DNA of 64,000 nucleotides from a virus: the IMG/VR virus record IMGVR_UViG_3300027801_001493, positions 1-64,000 of that record; one strand, given 5' to 3'. Shown piece after piece: positions 1-9,136 of this stretch. Every line of letters starts with the position of its first letter. Within the stretch, counting starts at the first letter, position 1. The notes under the pieces are model-generated. The model was not told the DNA's origin. It worked only from the letters and a program-made list of their open reading frames with translations, and made no database searches. The position numbers were made by a program, and so were the translations under genes.

Positions 1-258
1 AAACCACCGTTCTAACACAGGTCCACCCTCATCTTCGTCTACTATGATGTAAGCCACGGTCTTCTTCACGTTCGCATAACGCCATCCACTGTCGCCGCCT
101 ATCTGACCTGAGCCAACCCATACTTTATGTGGATAGTTCTCCACAATGCTCTTGGAGTAGTCATCCTGCTCATTGTTCAGTGAGTATTCAAAGTTATTAC
201 CATGCTCCTTCTCGATGAAGTTGCCTATTGGATCTTGTGTATAAGTATAATAGCCCAT
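1..258 (-). CDS. hypothetical phage protein (partial, runs off window start)
   Basis: Manual translation MGYYTYTQDPIGNFIEKEHGNNFEYS..., open to the window edge; AGGA SD; sigma70 promoter at 293-320. Confidence 0.7.
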   Translation of the reverse strand, partial: MGYYTYTQDPIGNFIEKEHGNNFEYSLNNEQDDYSKSIVENYPHKVWVGSGQIGGDSGWRYANVKKTVAYIIVDEDEGGPVLERWF

Positions 259-292
259 AAAAGTCCTACCCTTTTTGCGTTAATATGTGTAT

Positions 293-320
293 ATTATACA
301 CTCTTTAGGCGTATTGTCAA
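293..320 (-). promoter_or_regulatory. sigma70-type (early) promoter
   Basis: TTGACA-N16-TATAAT with upstream A-tract. Confidence 0.7.
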
Positions 321-1333
321 CCGTTTTTTATTAGATTTATGCAGTTTATGTATGCAGAATGGTGTCCCTTAGGACCCCAATGAAGGCCATCACGGCCCAT
401 ATCTCCGGGCACAGCCTGGCACATATTATTGGGCCATGTGTAAGGTTTTAGTTGTGGGTTGTTGTCTATTTGATAACAAAATACTGCAGATTCCTTCATG
501 TAATGCATTTCTGTTAGTTTAATGCCTTGTGAAGCACAAAAATACAGTAAGAATTGTCTTTGCATGTAAAAATCAAACCACATGTGGTTTTCATGCATTA
601 TTGTCCATGCTTTCTGATTTTCGTCCTCCATAGAACTGAAGAGTGGTATGAATCCGTTTACTTTGTCTTGATAATCGCTACTACTATCTATGTCGTCTAT
701 AGCTGGGTGAAGTGCGTTGTTGTTGAATTTGGTGTCAGAGAATATAAGTTTTCTACCAGGATGTGACCACATAACAACTACTTGGTCAGGAATGTATCCG
801 CTTTCTATAAATGATTGTAGCACCAACAGTATTTCTTGATTATTTCCTCCTGGGTTGCCTAAATTCCAACACTTTTTGCCTAGTTTAGTTGAAACTTTAC
901 GAGTCCACACATCAGCATCTGAGACCCCAATACCAAATGTAAAACTGTCTCCTAAAAACATTATAGCATCATCTCCTTTTGACATAGAATCTGCTCTCCA
1001 ACCTTGTTTGTTTACAGTATAAAGTATATCTTCCTTAGTGTAATCTTTAGTATTTGCTTGCCAATTGTCTTTAAGAATTCGTGTTTCTTCGTCTGTTCCA
1101 TTGAAATCATTTATGTCAATACCTAATGTCTGTTCTATCATTTGAGGGAACACAGGACTATCCATTGGTATATACTGAATGCTAGTTAAATCGCCAATGT
1201 GTTGTACTTTACCATGATTTGCTTGATGTACTGGTGCGAGTTTATCTTTAAGGTGTGGACCAAAGTCAGTCTCTGGTAATATATCTGAATGTGTTCTAAA
1301 TGGTTTAACTGTGTTTTTCTGTAACACTGACAT
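317..1333 (-). CDS. SGNH/GDSL hydrolase-like protein
   Basis: FLGDSFTFG (block I), NLGNPGG (block II), RDGLHWG (DxxH block V). Confidence 0.6.
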   Translation of the reverse strand: MSVLQKNTVKPFRTHSDILPETDFGPHLKDKLAPVHQANHGKVQHIGDLTSIQYIPMDSPVFPQMIEQTLGIDINDFNGTDEETRILKDNWQANTKDYTKEDILYTVNKQGWRADSMSKGDDAIMFLGDSFTFGIGVSDADVWTRKVSTKLGKKCWNLGNPGGNNQEILLVLQSFIESGYIPDQVVVMWSHPGRKLIFSDTKFNNNALHPAIDDIDSSSDYQDKVNGFIPLFSSMEDENQKAWTIMHENHMWFDFYMQRQFLLYFCASQGIKLTEMHYMKESAVFCYQIDNNPQLKPYTWPNNMCQAVPGDMGRDGLHWGPKGHHSAYINCINLIKNG

Positions 1334-2238
1334 TACAATAACTCTTTAAAAAGTTGTGCTAATTGTGTATGTGACCTAGGTCCGAAATGCATATTGTCCC
1401 TAGCAAAGTCGGGCCATATTTTATATTGTATTCTCGGTATCTTCTGATTACATTTCTCTCTAACAAAATTTAATGTAGTGTCCTCTATAAATCCTTCTAT
1501 GAGTTTTACATTATGTTTGCCACACAATGCAATAACAAGTTCTCGGTGTACGCAAAATTCTAATAATAATTGTTGTTCACTTTGTAATAACTGTCCTTTG
1601 ACAGCAGATAAAACATTGCTGGGTAAGTGTCCTGTATCTAAATTTTTCATTGCACGGAATTGAAATACATAGGGTTCAACTGATTCTTTATTTTCTAATA
1701 TGAAGTCAGTTATTTGTGCATCTACATTCTTTACCTTTTCTGAAACTATTAGTTTTCTATTTACATCGGGCCAAAATACTGCTAATGTATCTGGTACTAT
1801 GCCTTGTTCAAAGAATTGTTTTATTAGTAATGCTACAGCATCACAACCTATTCCGCCACAACCTATATTAATATGATACATGTCTAACTGTTCTGCGAGT
1901 TTACTTCCCCATACTTCGTTATCACTAACACCTATACCATATGTGTGGCTACAGCCTGCTGTCATTAGTGTTGAGTCTGTTTGTATAATGTCAGAGCCTC
2001 TGAAGCCTTGCTGATTAACAGTATATAACAGTTGATCTTCTGTGTAATCTACTAAATTACCACCATCTTTCCAATGGGTTGGATGATCCGATGGTTGGTA
2101 TTGAAAGGAAAGGTTGGTACCAACTATCCCTTTACCACGTATTTGACCATTGGTATCTTTCTGTGGTTGTAGTAGTCTTGGTAGTTGTCCTAGTTCGCTT
2201 GAAATAGGTCTTAATGTGTTATAATTTAGATGTCCCAT
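1333..2238 (-). CDS. SGNH/GDSL hydrolase-like protein, tandem paralog
   Basis: GCSHTYGIGV, NIGCGG, RDNMHFG; clearly paralogous to 317..1333. Confidence 0.6.
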   Translation of the reverse strand: MGHLNYNTLRPISSELGQLPRLLQPQKDTNGQIRGKGIVGTNLSFQYQPSDHPTHWKDGGNLVDYTEDQLLYTVNQQGFRGSDIIQTDSTLMTAGCSHTYGIGVSDNEVWGSKLAEQLDMYHINIGCGGIGCDAVALLIKQFFEQGIVPDTLAVFWPDVNRKLIVSEKVKNVDAQITDFILENKESVEPYVFQFRAMKNLDTGHLPSNVLSAVKGQLLQSEQQLLLEFCVHRELVIALCGKHNVKLIEGFIEDTTLNFVREKCNQKIPRIQYKIWPDFARDNMHFGPRSHTQLAQLFKELL

Positions 2239-2242
2239 AGTA

Positions 2243-2250
2243 TTATTTAT
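2243..2250 (-). promoter_or_regulatory. putative late promoter (ATAAATA)
   Basis: TAAATA 5 nt before the ATG at 2238. Confidence 0.45.
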
Positions 2251-2253
2251 TTA

Positions 2254-2652
2254 TTAATCTAATCCTTTTGCAAATTTTTCGACGTCATTACTCATCATCT
2301 TAAGCCACATAGCATCATCTTCACTGAATAGTATTAGTGCTTTTTTATCTAAATAATAGGGCCAAGACATGTGTTCGTGTAAACGTAATAGTATGTTCTT
2401 GTGTAAGCCTTCGTCTATTGGAAACTTGTATGCATCATACTTTGGCTTCATTAAGTTCCAACCTAACTTAGTTAACCTAAGTCCACTACATGTTTCGTCA
2501 CTGAATTGAAAGTTCTTAAACAGCATATAACACACATCTAGGGGAGGGTATTGCCCAAGTGACTCGTGTTCACTTTGCATCTTTTGGGCTATTTTAAATT
2601 GTAGACTATCCGTTAACATGTCCAGATTCCATATCATCTTCAGTGATAACAT
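2254..2652 (-). CDS. hypothetical protein
   Basis: ORF track, in operon; C-terminal FSEDDAMWLK motif; true start uncertain. Confidence 0.7.
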   Translation of the reverse strand: MLSLKMIWNLDMLTDSLQFKIAQKMQSEHESLGQYPPLDVCYMLFKNFQFSDETCSGLRLTKLGWNLMKPKYDAYKFPIDEGLHKNILLRLHEHMSWPYYLDKKALILFSEDDAMWLKMMSNDVEKFAKGLD

Positions 2653-2923
2653 CGCCTGATGTTAGTTTGATTACTTGGAATTCGGAAGTGCTAAACGTTT
2701 TGTTTAATTTTTCTGCTAAGTTGAATGCATGTCCACTGTTACTGAATGACACTTTTTTATATTTGGGTCCAGGATAGGATACTAACTTATTAAGTGTTCG
2801 TAAATTGATTGGGTTGCCTTGATAAAACACACTGAATATTGCCTCAGCGGCTAGTATCTGGTCTGCTTTGTAAGTGTCTTTGTGTACTGCTTCTAGCAAT
2901 ATCTTTGGTTTTGGTCTTGACAT
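2606..2923 (-). CDS. conserved jumbo-phage hypothetical protein (MSRPKPKILLE...)
   Basis: GGAG SD before ATG 2923; GATAAATA at 2943-2950. Confidence 0.7.
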   Translation of the reverse strand: MSRPKPKILLEAVHKDTYKADQILAAEAIFSVFYQGNPINLRTLNKLVSYPGPKYKKVSFSNSGHAFNLAEKLNKTFSTSEFQVIKLTSGDVITEDDMESGHVNG

Positions 2924-2985
2924 AAGTGTATCTCCATACACTTATTTATCAATAAAACTAGTTTTAATTGGTGTTATAACTATGT

Positions 2986-3294
2986 TTAATCTAGTAAGAC
3001 TGCTTTTAATTCACCTGATTCATGCATCTCTGTGATAATATCACAGCCACCTATCAGCTCACCCTTTACAAACAGTTGTGGGAATGTGGGCCAATCACTA
3101 ACTTCAGGAAGTGTTGCTCTGACTTCGTTATCTTCTAGTATATCGAAATAACTGAATTGTGCTTTATGCTCTTTTAATATATCTACTACAGTAGCACTAA
3201 ATCCGCATCTTGGTTGATGTGGGTCGCCTTTCATAAACAATATAATATCGTTGTCTTTGATTATTTGTTCTAATTGTTCTTTTGTATTACTCAT
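2986..3294 (-). CDS. grxD: monothiol glutaredoxin (Grx4/GrxD family)
   Basis: LFMKG...PRCGFS, WPTFPQLFVKGELIGGCDI. Confidence 0.92.
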   Translation of the reverse strand: MSNTKEQLEQIIKDNDIILFMKGDPHQPRCGFSATVVDILKEHKAQFSYFDILEDNEVRATLPEVSDWPTFPQLFVKGELIGGCDIITEMHESGELKAVLLD

Positions 3295-3757
3295 CTGGAA
3301 ATCCCTCTTCTACGAACAGACTTAACTGTTCTATTTGTTTGTCCGATAGTCCTGCGGCTTGACCCCACATCATCGTACTGTTCATTCCTATTTTTTCTCT
3401 ATTTTTGTAAGCATTTAGCCTGCCTGCTATATAGTCTGAACTTTGTCCTGCTAACTTAGGAAACATACCTTGTCCCTGTCCTTGTGCACCATGACATGCG
3501 GCACAACCTGCCCATAGTCCTCTGATGTTTTCAAACACATCAACTATGCCTGCTTCTTCTTTGGCTATTGCTATAGCCTTTTGTTCTTGTATTTGTTCTC
3601 CAACTGTACCATTGTCTGCAACATACTGCTCGTAGCATTCGCCTGTGCAACTATGATTACTTGCATAGCCTTTGTACTCTACGTTTGGATATATAACCCC
3701 TACAAAAAAGACTGTGAATACAGCAATGCCACCTAATACTAAACCTAATTCTCTCAT
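3287..3757 (-). CDS. membrane-anchored class I cytochrome c (c553/c4-like)
   Basis: N-terminal TM helix, CAACH heme motif, PKLAGQ..Y...L..YK, distal Met in MMWGQA. Confidence 0.85.
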   Translation of the reverse strand: MRELGLVLGGIAVFTVFFVGVIYPNVEYKGYASNHSCTGECYEQYVADNGTVGEQIQEQKAIAIAKEEAGIVDVFENIRGLWAGCAACHGAQGQGQGMFPKLAGQSSDYIAGRLNAYKNREKIGMNSTMMWGQAAGLSDKQIEQLSLFVEEGFPDE

Positions 3758-3996
3758 TACTTACCTAAGCCTTCACGCATTACTAATGTTTTAAACTCTT
3801 GGTAGCCGCCAATCTTTTCGCCATCAACTATAATCTGTGGGAAAGTTCTTGCACCTGGAAATGTTTCCATTAGTGCTTCTCTGTCAAAGTCTTCGTCCAA
3901 CATTTTAACTGTTAAATCGTATTCTTTTTGTGTTGCTAAGTTCTTTGCCATATCACAGTATGGGCATTGTGGTTTACTGTAAATTTCTACTATCAT
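3757..3996 (-). CDS. dithiol glutaredoxin
   Basis: CPYC, RTFPQI, IGGY; start moved to MIVEIY. Confidence 0.9.
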   Translation of the reverse strand: MIVEIYSKPQCPYCDMAKNLATQKEYDLTVKMLDEDFDREALMETFPGARTFPQIIVDGEKIGGYQEFKTLVMREGLGK

Positions 3997-3997
3997 A

Positions 3998-4315
3998 TTA
4001 TTCCTTATTTTTTGTAAGACGGAACCATAATGCATCATCCTCATCTTCAAATGTTATTATCGCATATTTAGTATCACGAACAACATTGAAATGCCATCCA
4101 TACTTTCCTTTTGCATTAGTATTTATATCGGATAGTAGGGTATGGGGTATGCCAATCTGGCTCCAGTCTTCGTCTTTGCCATCGTAGTATCCTTGTTGCC
4201 AAACTAGTTCGTGTTCAAAGAACTTATTGTAGCCACAGTCTTCTCTCCACTCTACATCGGCAGATTGTTTCATACCATTGGTCTGAGGAGTACCACCCAA
4301 TGCCTTGTCAATCAT
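3998..4315 (-). CDS. hypothetical protein
   Basis: ORF track, start adjusted to MIDKAL; C-terminal FEDEDDALWFRL. Confidence 0.65.
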   Translation of the reverse strand: MIDKALGGTPQTNGMKQSADVEWREDCGYNKFFEHELVWQQGYYDGKDEDWSQIGIPHTLLSDINTNAKGKYGWHFNVVRDTKYAIITFEDEDDALWFRLTKNKE

Positions 4316-4490
4316 TTTCCTTAAAAGTTCCACCTGTTACTATCTGTTCCTCTGGTTCATTGTTGCCTTGTTGCTCTATCTCTTTTACTACTTTGTATAA
4401 GAAATGTAAGTCGAATACAGTCTCTCCACGTTTCGTTTCTTTAGTTAAAGCATTAACCCTATCTATGAATTGTTGTAACGGAGAGTCCAT
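4308..4490 (-). CDS. hypothetical protein
   Basis: ORF track, overlaps neighbours in operon. Confidence 0.6.
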   Translation of the reverse strand: MDSPLQQFIDRVNALTKETKRGETVFDLHFLYKVVKEIEQQGNNEPEEQIVTGGTFKEND

Positions 4491-4492
4491 TA

Positions 4493-5017
4493 CTATGACT
4501 TAGATGCTTTACGTTTAATTTTGTTTAATACTTTTAGTCTTAGTTTCAATTCTAACTTAGTCTTGAAAGGACCTTCATAACCATATGTTATAAGTGTATT
4601 AAGTTTTGGACAGTTACCGTGCTTCCAACCTTTCTCAAAATTAATAGCATACCAACCTGCCGCATAGTAAACATTACTGTTTTCTGTTTTAGCAAACAAT
4701 GGAATCTCTTCCATGTAATCCTCATGATCCACTTCAACTGGAACAGGATTAGGATAGTCTACACTATACCCTTTGATATAGAATGTTGCTGGTTGATTAA
4801 TGTCTAACTCTACTTCATTATCAAATACAAATTGATTCTTAAATGCTTCTTGAACTTCATCTCTGTTCTCGAATAGTATCGTTTCCGTTTTGTCCAAGTA
4901 TGTGTATTTGTCTTGGACTGTTTTGTGAAGTATACCTACACGTTTCTCGTTATCATTAACGATCCATGCATCTTCACTTATCTTTTGCAACTTTACTTGC
5001 TGTTTGAACTTAATCAT
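4493..5017 (-). CDS. conserved jumbo-phage hypothetical protein
   Basis: ORF track; YAAGWY..F..GW....CPK motif. Confidence 0.7.
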   Translation of the reverse strand: MIKFKQQVKLQKISEDAWIVNDNEKRVGILHKTVQDKYTYLDKTETILFENRDEVQEAFKNQFVFDNEVELDINQPATFYIKGYSVDYPNPVPVEVDHEDYMEEIPLFAKTENSNVYYAAGWYAINFEKGWKHGNCPKLNTLITYGYEGPFKTKLELKLRLKVLNKIKRKASKS

Positions 5018-5178
5018 TACTTTACCTCCTCAGGATTGATTAAAACTCTAGTGCTAGGTTCAGCACCAAATTCTCTTTTGTAAACCTTATCACCGGCTCT
5101 CTCAAATATCCAACGTTGTTTCGTTGGCTTCTTAATTTCTTTCATCATCTTATCTATATCTTTATCCAGCTCGTCCAT
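5017..5178 (-). CDS. small hypothetical protein (53 aa)
   Basis: Manual translation MDELDKDIDKMMKEIKKPTKQRWIFERAGDKVYKREFG...; fills the gap. Confidence 0.55.
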   Translation of the reverse strand: MDELDKDIDKMMKEIKKPTKQRWIFERAGDKVYKREFGAEPSTRVLINPEEVK

Positions 5179-6151
5179 TTAACATTCCACTATATGTCTG
5201 AGCATTATCACTCATACGTTGTAAGTTCCACTTAGAACAAAACTTCATAAAGTGTATACCTATGTTAGAGACAGGATCATTGTTCTTGCCTTCGTTCATA
5301 CGTTGTACACATAACTCTTTAACGTCATCAGGTTGCTTAGTTAAGTCTATTAATGTCATGTTACGCTCAAAGTCTGTGCGAACTCTATGTTCGTCTCCTT
5401 CATGGTCGACCCAACGTTGTAGCATAAAGTTATTGTAGTTATAGCCACCTGTGTTTCTGTCATCAAAGGCTTCTCTCATACCTGTTTTGTTCTTAGTACC
5501 TTTTACTCTAGCACCAGGGTATGCCGCAAACACATTGTCTGAACTATCGCCTCTAACACACTTCTCAAACAATACCCACTCAGGGACAATTGGAGTCTTA
5601 GGTGCATTAGTTTTCTTATCTATAACTTCATTTCCACTCTTTAAATCTTTCCAACCTTCTAATGTAACTACTTGATCCGTTGTGCCGTTGTACTGCGTTA
5701 CATTGGGTGCTAGTAGCTGATAGAAGTCACTGTCTGTGCTAACTATGTAATGATTATCATCTGGATGTTGTTGAATCCATACAGCAATCATATCATCTGC
5801 CTCTGCTGTTTCGCATCTTACTACAGACACATTAGTCTTTTCAGCAAAGAACTGTACCATACTATCGTATGCTTCAAAGTATAGCTCATCATCTTCCTGT
5901 TCTCTAACACTTCTACTGTCTGCTATTACTCTACGGTTTGCTTTGTAAGGAGTGTAAAAGTCCTTACGCCATGAACGACCTTCCAAACATAATACAATAT
6001 GATTGCCATCAAACTCTCTCCAGCACTTGTTAATGCTGTTAAACATAATGTGCATAGCCATACCAATCTTAGTATCGATGTCAGCACCTCTGCCACCAAC
6101 ATGCTTGGCTCTCATAAACATATTCAATCCATCAACAAGTAAATAATTCAT
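5162..6151 (-). CDS. 5'-3' exonuclease / T4 RNase H-like (FEN/PIN fold)
   Basis: LLVDG.N, EGRSWRK, EADD, STDSDF.QL, RGDSSDNV. Confidence 0.85.
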   Translation of the reverse strand: MNYLLVDGLNMFMRAKHVGGRGADIDTKIGMAMHIMFNSINKCWREFDGNHIVLCLEGRSWRKDFYTPYKANRRVIADSRSVREQEDDELYFEAYDSMVQFFAEKTNVSVVRCETAEADDMIAVWIQQHPDDNHYIVSTDSDFYQLLAPNVTQYNGTTDQVVTLEGWKDLKSGNEVIDKKTNAPKTPIVPEWVLFEKCVRGDSSDNVFAAYPGARVKGTKNKTGMREAFDDRNTGGYNYNNFMLQRWVDHEGDEHRVRTDFERNMTLIDLTKQPDDVKELCVQRMNEGKNNDPVSNIGIHFMKFCSKWNLQRMSDNAQTYSGMLNGRAG

Positions 6152-6483
6152 TAGTGGTTCCTCGCTCCATCAAATACACATACAAAATACAGTCCCAACT
6201 TTCCTGTGTTATAAACTTTATGGAACTCTCCGTCATTAATACAAATAACATCATTAGGCTCGACTTTAAACCGTCTGTGGTCTATCTCCATCTCACCTGT
6301 GCCTGATACAAAAAAGTATACTTCTTCCTGTCCTTCATGTCTATGTCCACTTGTTTCTTGATTCTCTCTTAAAAAGGTACTACTTAATACTAAATTATTA
6401 CCAAATGGGTTGTCTTTTAACTTATAAACACTAGTATCCTTGATAACTTCTCCACCAATGTCATTCATATGAACTTTCTGCAT
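6151..6483 (-). CDS. cupin domain protein
   Basis: TSGHRHEGQEEVYFFVSGTG and GEFHKVYN. Confidence 0.8.
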   Translation of the reverse strand: MQKVHMNDIGGEVIKDTSVYKLKDNPFGNNLVLSSTFLRENQETSGHRHEGQEEVYFFVSGTGEMEIDHRRFKVEPNDVICINDGEFHKVYNTGKLGLYFVCVFDGARNH

Positions 6484-6752
6484 TATGACTTCTCCCTATC
6501 TGCTATGCCGCCTTCCATAAAAGCATCAAACGGACTATCTTCTGTCCATTGATTACTTTGTATTTTACGCTCTTTTGCCGCATCTGTCAAGTCTTTCATT
6601 AGGTCAATATTCATTACTTTGAAACTGCCTAGTAAGTCTACTATCTCTTCATCTGATAACGATTGTACAAATTCTGCAATACTAGGTACCATATGTTCGT
6701 TAACGAACTTGGCTAGTTTTGCCTTTGCTACTGTGTTATCAATGTTTGCCAT
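6483..6752 (-). CDS. hypothetical protein
   Basis: ORF track, stop/start overlaps. Confidence 0.65.
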   Translation of the reverse strand: MANIDNTVAKAKLAKFVNEHMVPSIAEFVQSLSDEEIVDLLGSFKVMNIDLMKDLTDAAKERKIQSNQWTEDSPFDAFMEGGIADREKS

Positions 6753-7243
6753 TACTTTGCTTCGTCATTAATTGTAATGACATCTTCCTGAACTTCTAGT
6801 CCGTAGTCTTGATCCTCTATCTCTTGTAGTAAAACTGTTCTACAGATATCATTGAACCATTTGTTTACTACTGCTTCATCAGTTTCACCAATGTAACCTT
6901 TACCCTGTAACATAACAACAAACTCATCGTTCCAATCTAGTTCCATGTAGCCTTGTTTAGGATCATCAACGTTCACATCCATCTTTTTAACATCTACCCA
7001 AGGAGTTTTGTCAATGATAGCATCACGTTTCTCTGCTTCTTTCGGTGTAATCACACCTTCTTCTAGTTCTACTTTAGTTTCAGCTTTCGCCTTCTCTTCA
7101 TCAGTATTACACTCAATAATTGCCAATGCTTTCTTCAACTCAATGCCATCAAGTTCATACTTTGCCTGTGCAATCTCTCTTGCTTTACCTTTTGTAGTCA
7201 AACCCTTAGGGGTCATTCCAAATGGTATTAATTTATTCGCCAT
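6752..7243 (-). CDS. conserved phage hypothetical protein
   Basis: Start adjusted to MANKLIP; PWV...DP..GY.ELDWN..F motif. Confidence 0.7.
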   Translation of the reverse strand: MANKLIPFGMTPKGLTTKGKAREIAQAKYELDGIELKKALAIIECNTDEEKAKAETKVELEEGVITPKEAEKRDAIIDKTPWVDVKKMDVNVDDPKQGYMELDWNDEFVVMLQGKGYIGETDEAVVNKWFNDICRTVLLQEIEDQDYGLEVQEDVITINDEAK

Positions 7244-7376
7244 CTTTCTTCTCCGTCTTTTGTTTACTGTGCCAATCATGTGAACAGTATGCATCACAGA
7301 ACACATGACTTCCATCTGCTGTGTGATATTTTATATCTAGCATGAGTAATTTGTTGCAACTGCTACAATATCTCAT
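7233..7376 (-). CDS. small zinc-finger protein (47 aa, TRASH/MYM-like)
   Basis: Manual translation MRYCSSCNK...HVFCDAYCSHDW; CxxC...CxxxC. Confidence 0.6.
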   Translation of the reverse strand: MRYCSSCNKLLMLDIKYHTADGSHVFCDAYCSHDWHSKQKTEKKDGE

Positions 7377-7377
7377 A

Positions 7378-7536
7378 CTACCAATGCCTTATGTTTCCTG
7401 CTATAATAAAGAAACATGTTATAAAGTTTACTAATACAACTATACTTCGTATAATTGCTACCCTGTCTGCTGTAACTGAATCGTCTGATGCTTTCTCTCC
7501 TAGACTCATTGCCCAGAGCTTCCAATAATATTTCAT
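7378..7536 (-). CDS. small membrane protein (52 aa)
   Basis: Manual translation MKYYWKLWAMSLGEKASDD...IIAGNIRHW; recalled as a family common in marine T4-like phages. Confidence 0.65.
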   Translation of the reverse strand: MKYYWKLWAMSLGEKASDDSVTADRVAIIRSIVVLVNFITCFFIIAGNIRHW

Positions 7537-7682
7537 CGATCTCTATACTCCATTGGCTTACAAATTGTAATAGGATGTCCATGCTCTGTAAATTCCGTTG
7601 TACAATTTGCATACTGCCAGTACGTTGTGAAACTAAACAATGCTAGTAGTAATAATGATATCAAAACAATAACTCTATTCAT
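7533..7682 (-). CDS. small membrane or secreted protein (49 aa)
   Basis: Manual translation MNRVIVLISLLLLALFSF...; ATG overlaps queE stop. Confidence 0.55.
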   Translation of the reverse strand: MNRVIVLISLLLLALFSFTTYWQYANCTTEFTEHGHPITICKPMEYRDR

Positions 7683-8611
7683 TAAGTACCCCACGCATTA
7701 CCAAACAAACTAATATGCAATCTAGGACTAAACTTGTATCCTGTCTGCATACATGCTTCTGCAACATCTTTCTCTGTGAGCTCTTGTTGTTCAAACGTTG
7801 CACCTTCTGGCATACAGTAAATAGAATCTATCTTAACTCCTGCTTTCTTGTATGCATCTACAAACATATCAACTTCATCAAAGTCAGTCTTGTCTCTAAC
7901 AACAAATTTATTATATAAAAAACTGTTCTCTACTTTGTTCATACTAACTAATGCATCTGGTATAAGTGTATCTTCTAACTTCTCTGCACTAATAGTTAGT
8001 TTAGGTGATGTACTCCAAGTAACATGTACATCTCTGCCTTCATTGTTAAAGTATTCAGTCATATTATCTTCACAATGCTTACTGCCATTAGTTTCAAATG
8101 TTACATTAACTAATCCATAGTCAGAATGTAATATATCAATAAGGTCGGGCCAGACACGTTGCCACCCTAGTAGCGGTTCACCACCTGTAATCACCAAGTG
8201 AATGTCTTCGCCGTGCCGGCCCTGGAATGTGCCATTGGGTAAAAGCGATGTGATGTGATTAACCACTTCACTTACTGACTTTGTCATCTGTAAGTGTTTA
8301 TACTTCGCCGCCCAACTGGCACTACTGTCACACCCTATAGGGGTAACAGGTAAATCTTCAATGCTTTTATAAGCATTGGGATGGTTCTTGTCTGCACGTT
8401 CATCAGTTAGGTAAGGCATACTTTCCTTCGCTATGATGTCTCCACGTGGCTGTCCAAATCCTGCACATTCAAAGTTACAACCAAAAGTCCTTAAGAATAT
8501 ACTTGGCACACCTACCCAACGTCCTTCTCCTTGTACGGAGTAGAATGCTTCGGAGTACCTTAACTTAGGTTCCTTCTTAACTTTGCTGTCAAATTTCTTT
8601 ACTTCAATCAT
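7682..8611 (-). CDS. queE: 7-carboxy-7-deazaguanine synthase (radical SAM)
   Basis: SEAFYSVQGEG..VG.PSIFLRTFGCN, VITGGEP, FETNG, SPKL, FSPRLH. Confidence 0.88.
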   Translation of the reverse strand: MIEVKKFDSKVKKEPKLRYSEAFYSVQGEGRWVGVPSIFLRTFGCNFECAGFGQPRGDIIAKESMPYLTDERADKNHPNAYKSIEDLPVTPIGCDSSASWAAKYKHLQMTKSVSEVVNHITSLLPNGTFQGRHGEDIHLVITGGEPLLGWQRVWPDLIDILHSDYGLVNVTFETNGSKHCEDNMTEYFNNEGRDVHVTWSTSPKLTISAEKLEDTLIPDALVSMNKVENSFLYNKFVVRDKTDFDEVDMFVDAYKKAGVKIDSIYCMPEGATFEQQELTEKDVAEACMQTGYKFSPRLHISLFGNAWGT

Positions 8612-9134
8612 TATTTCTTCTTTGTATGTATTCATCATAGTCTAAGTCTTTCTTAGTTCTATCAATGTCTGTAAGTATATCTGGTACTGCTCTATGCAAT
8701 GCCTCATTAACTAATACATGTAATTCTGAATCAAACTCTCTTTCTTCTTCTACTGTTATAACATTATCTAAACAACAGATTCTTAATCCTTGATTCATTA
8801 GTTTAGCAAAGTTACCTTCCTGTGGATAAAAGTAATGTCCTTTTGCTACTAGTTTAATGTATACCACTTGGTGTAGGTTGGTTACTTCGATAACAGTATC
8901 TTCTGCACCTTTGCCCACGTTTACTAATTGTAATATCTTATCTGTATCCGCCATTGGGATATTAGTATTGTCCGAGTAAAAGTGAATAGCCTCATAGACA
9001 TCTTCGTGTGTAAGTTTAGGATATATTCTAGTTAAGGCATCAAGTGTTTTACCTTTACCTATGTTTGCACATATAGTATCTACTGGAACTAATCCATTTG
9101 TTGTTACGAATCCTGATTGTCTGCGTTCTATCAT
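8604..9134 (-). CDS. protein with N-terminal DUF433-like domain
   Basis: V..I...I..GKT...L...YPKLT.EDVYEAIHFY pattern. Confidence 0.5.
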   Translation of the reverse strand: MIERRQSGFVTTNGLVPVDTICANIGKGKTLDALTRIYPKLTHEDVYEAIHFYSDNTNIPMADTDKILQLVNVGKGAEDTVIEVTNLHQVVYIKLVAKGHYFYPQEGNFAKLMNQGLRICCLDNVITVEEEREFDSELHVLVNEALHRAVPDILTDIDRTKKDLDYDEYIQRRNND

Positions 9135-9136
9135 AT

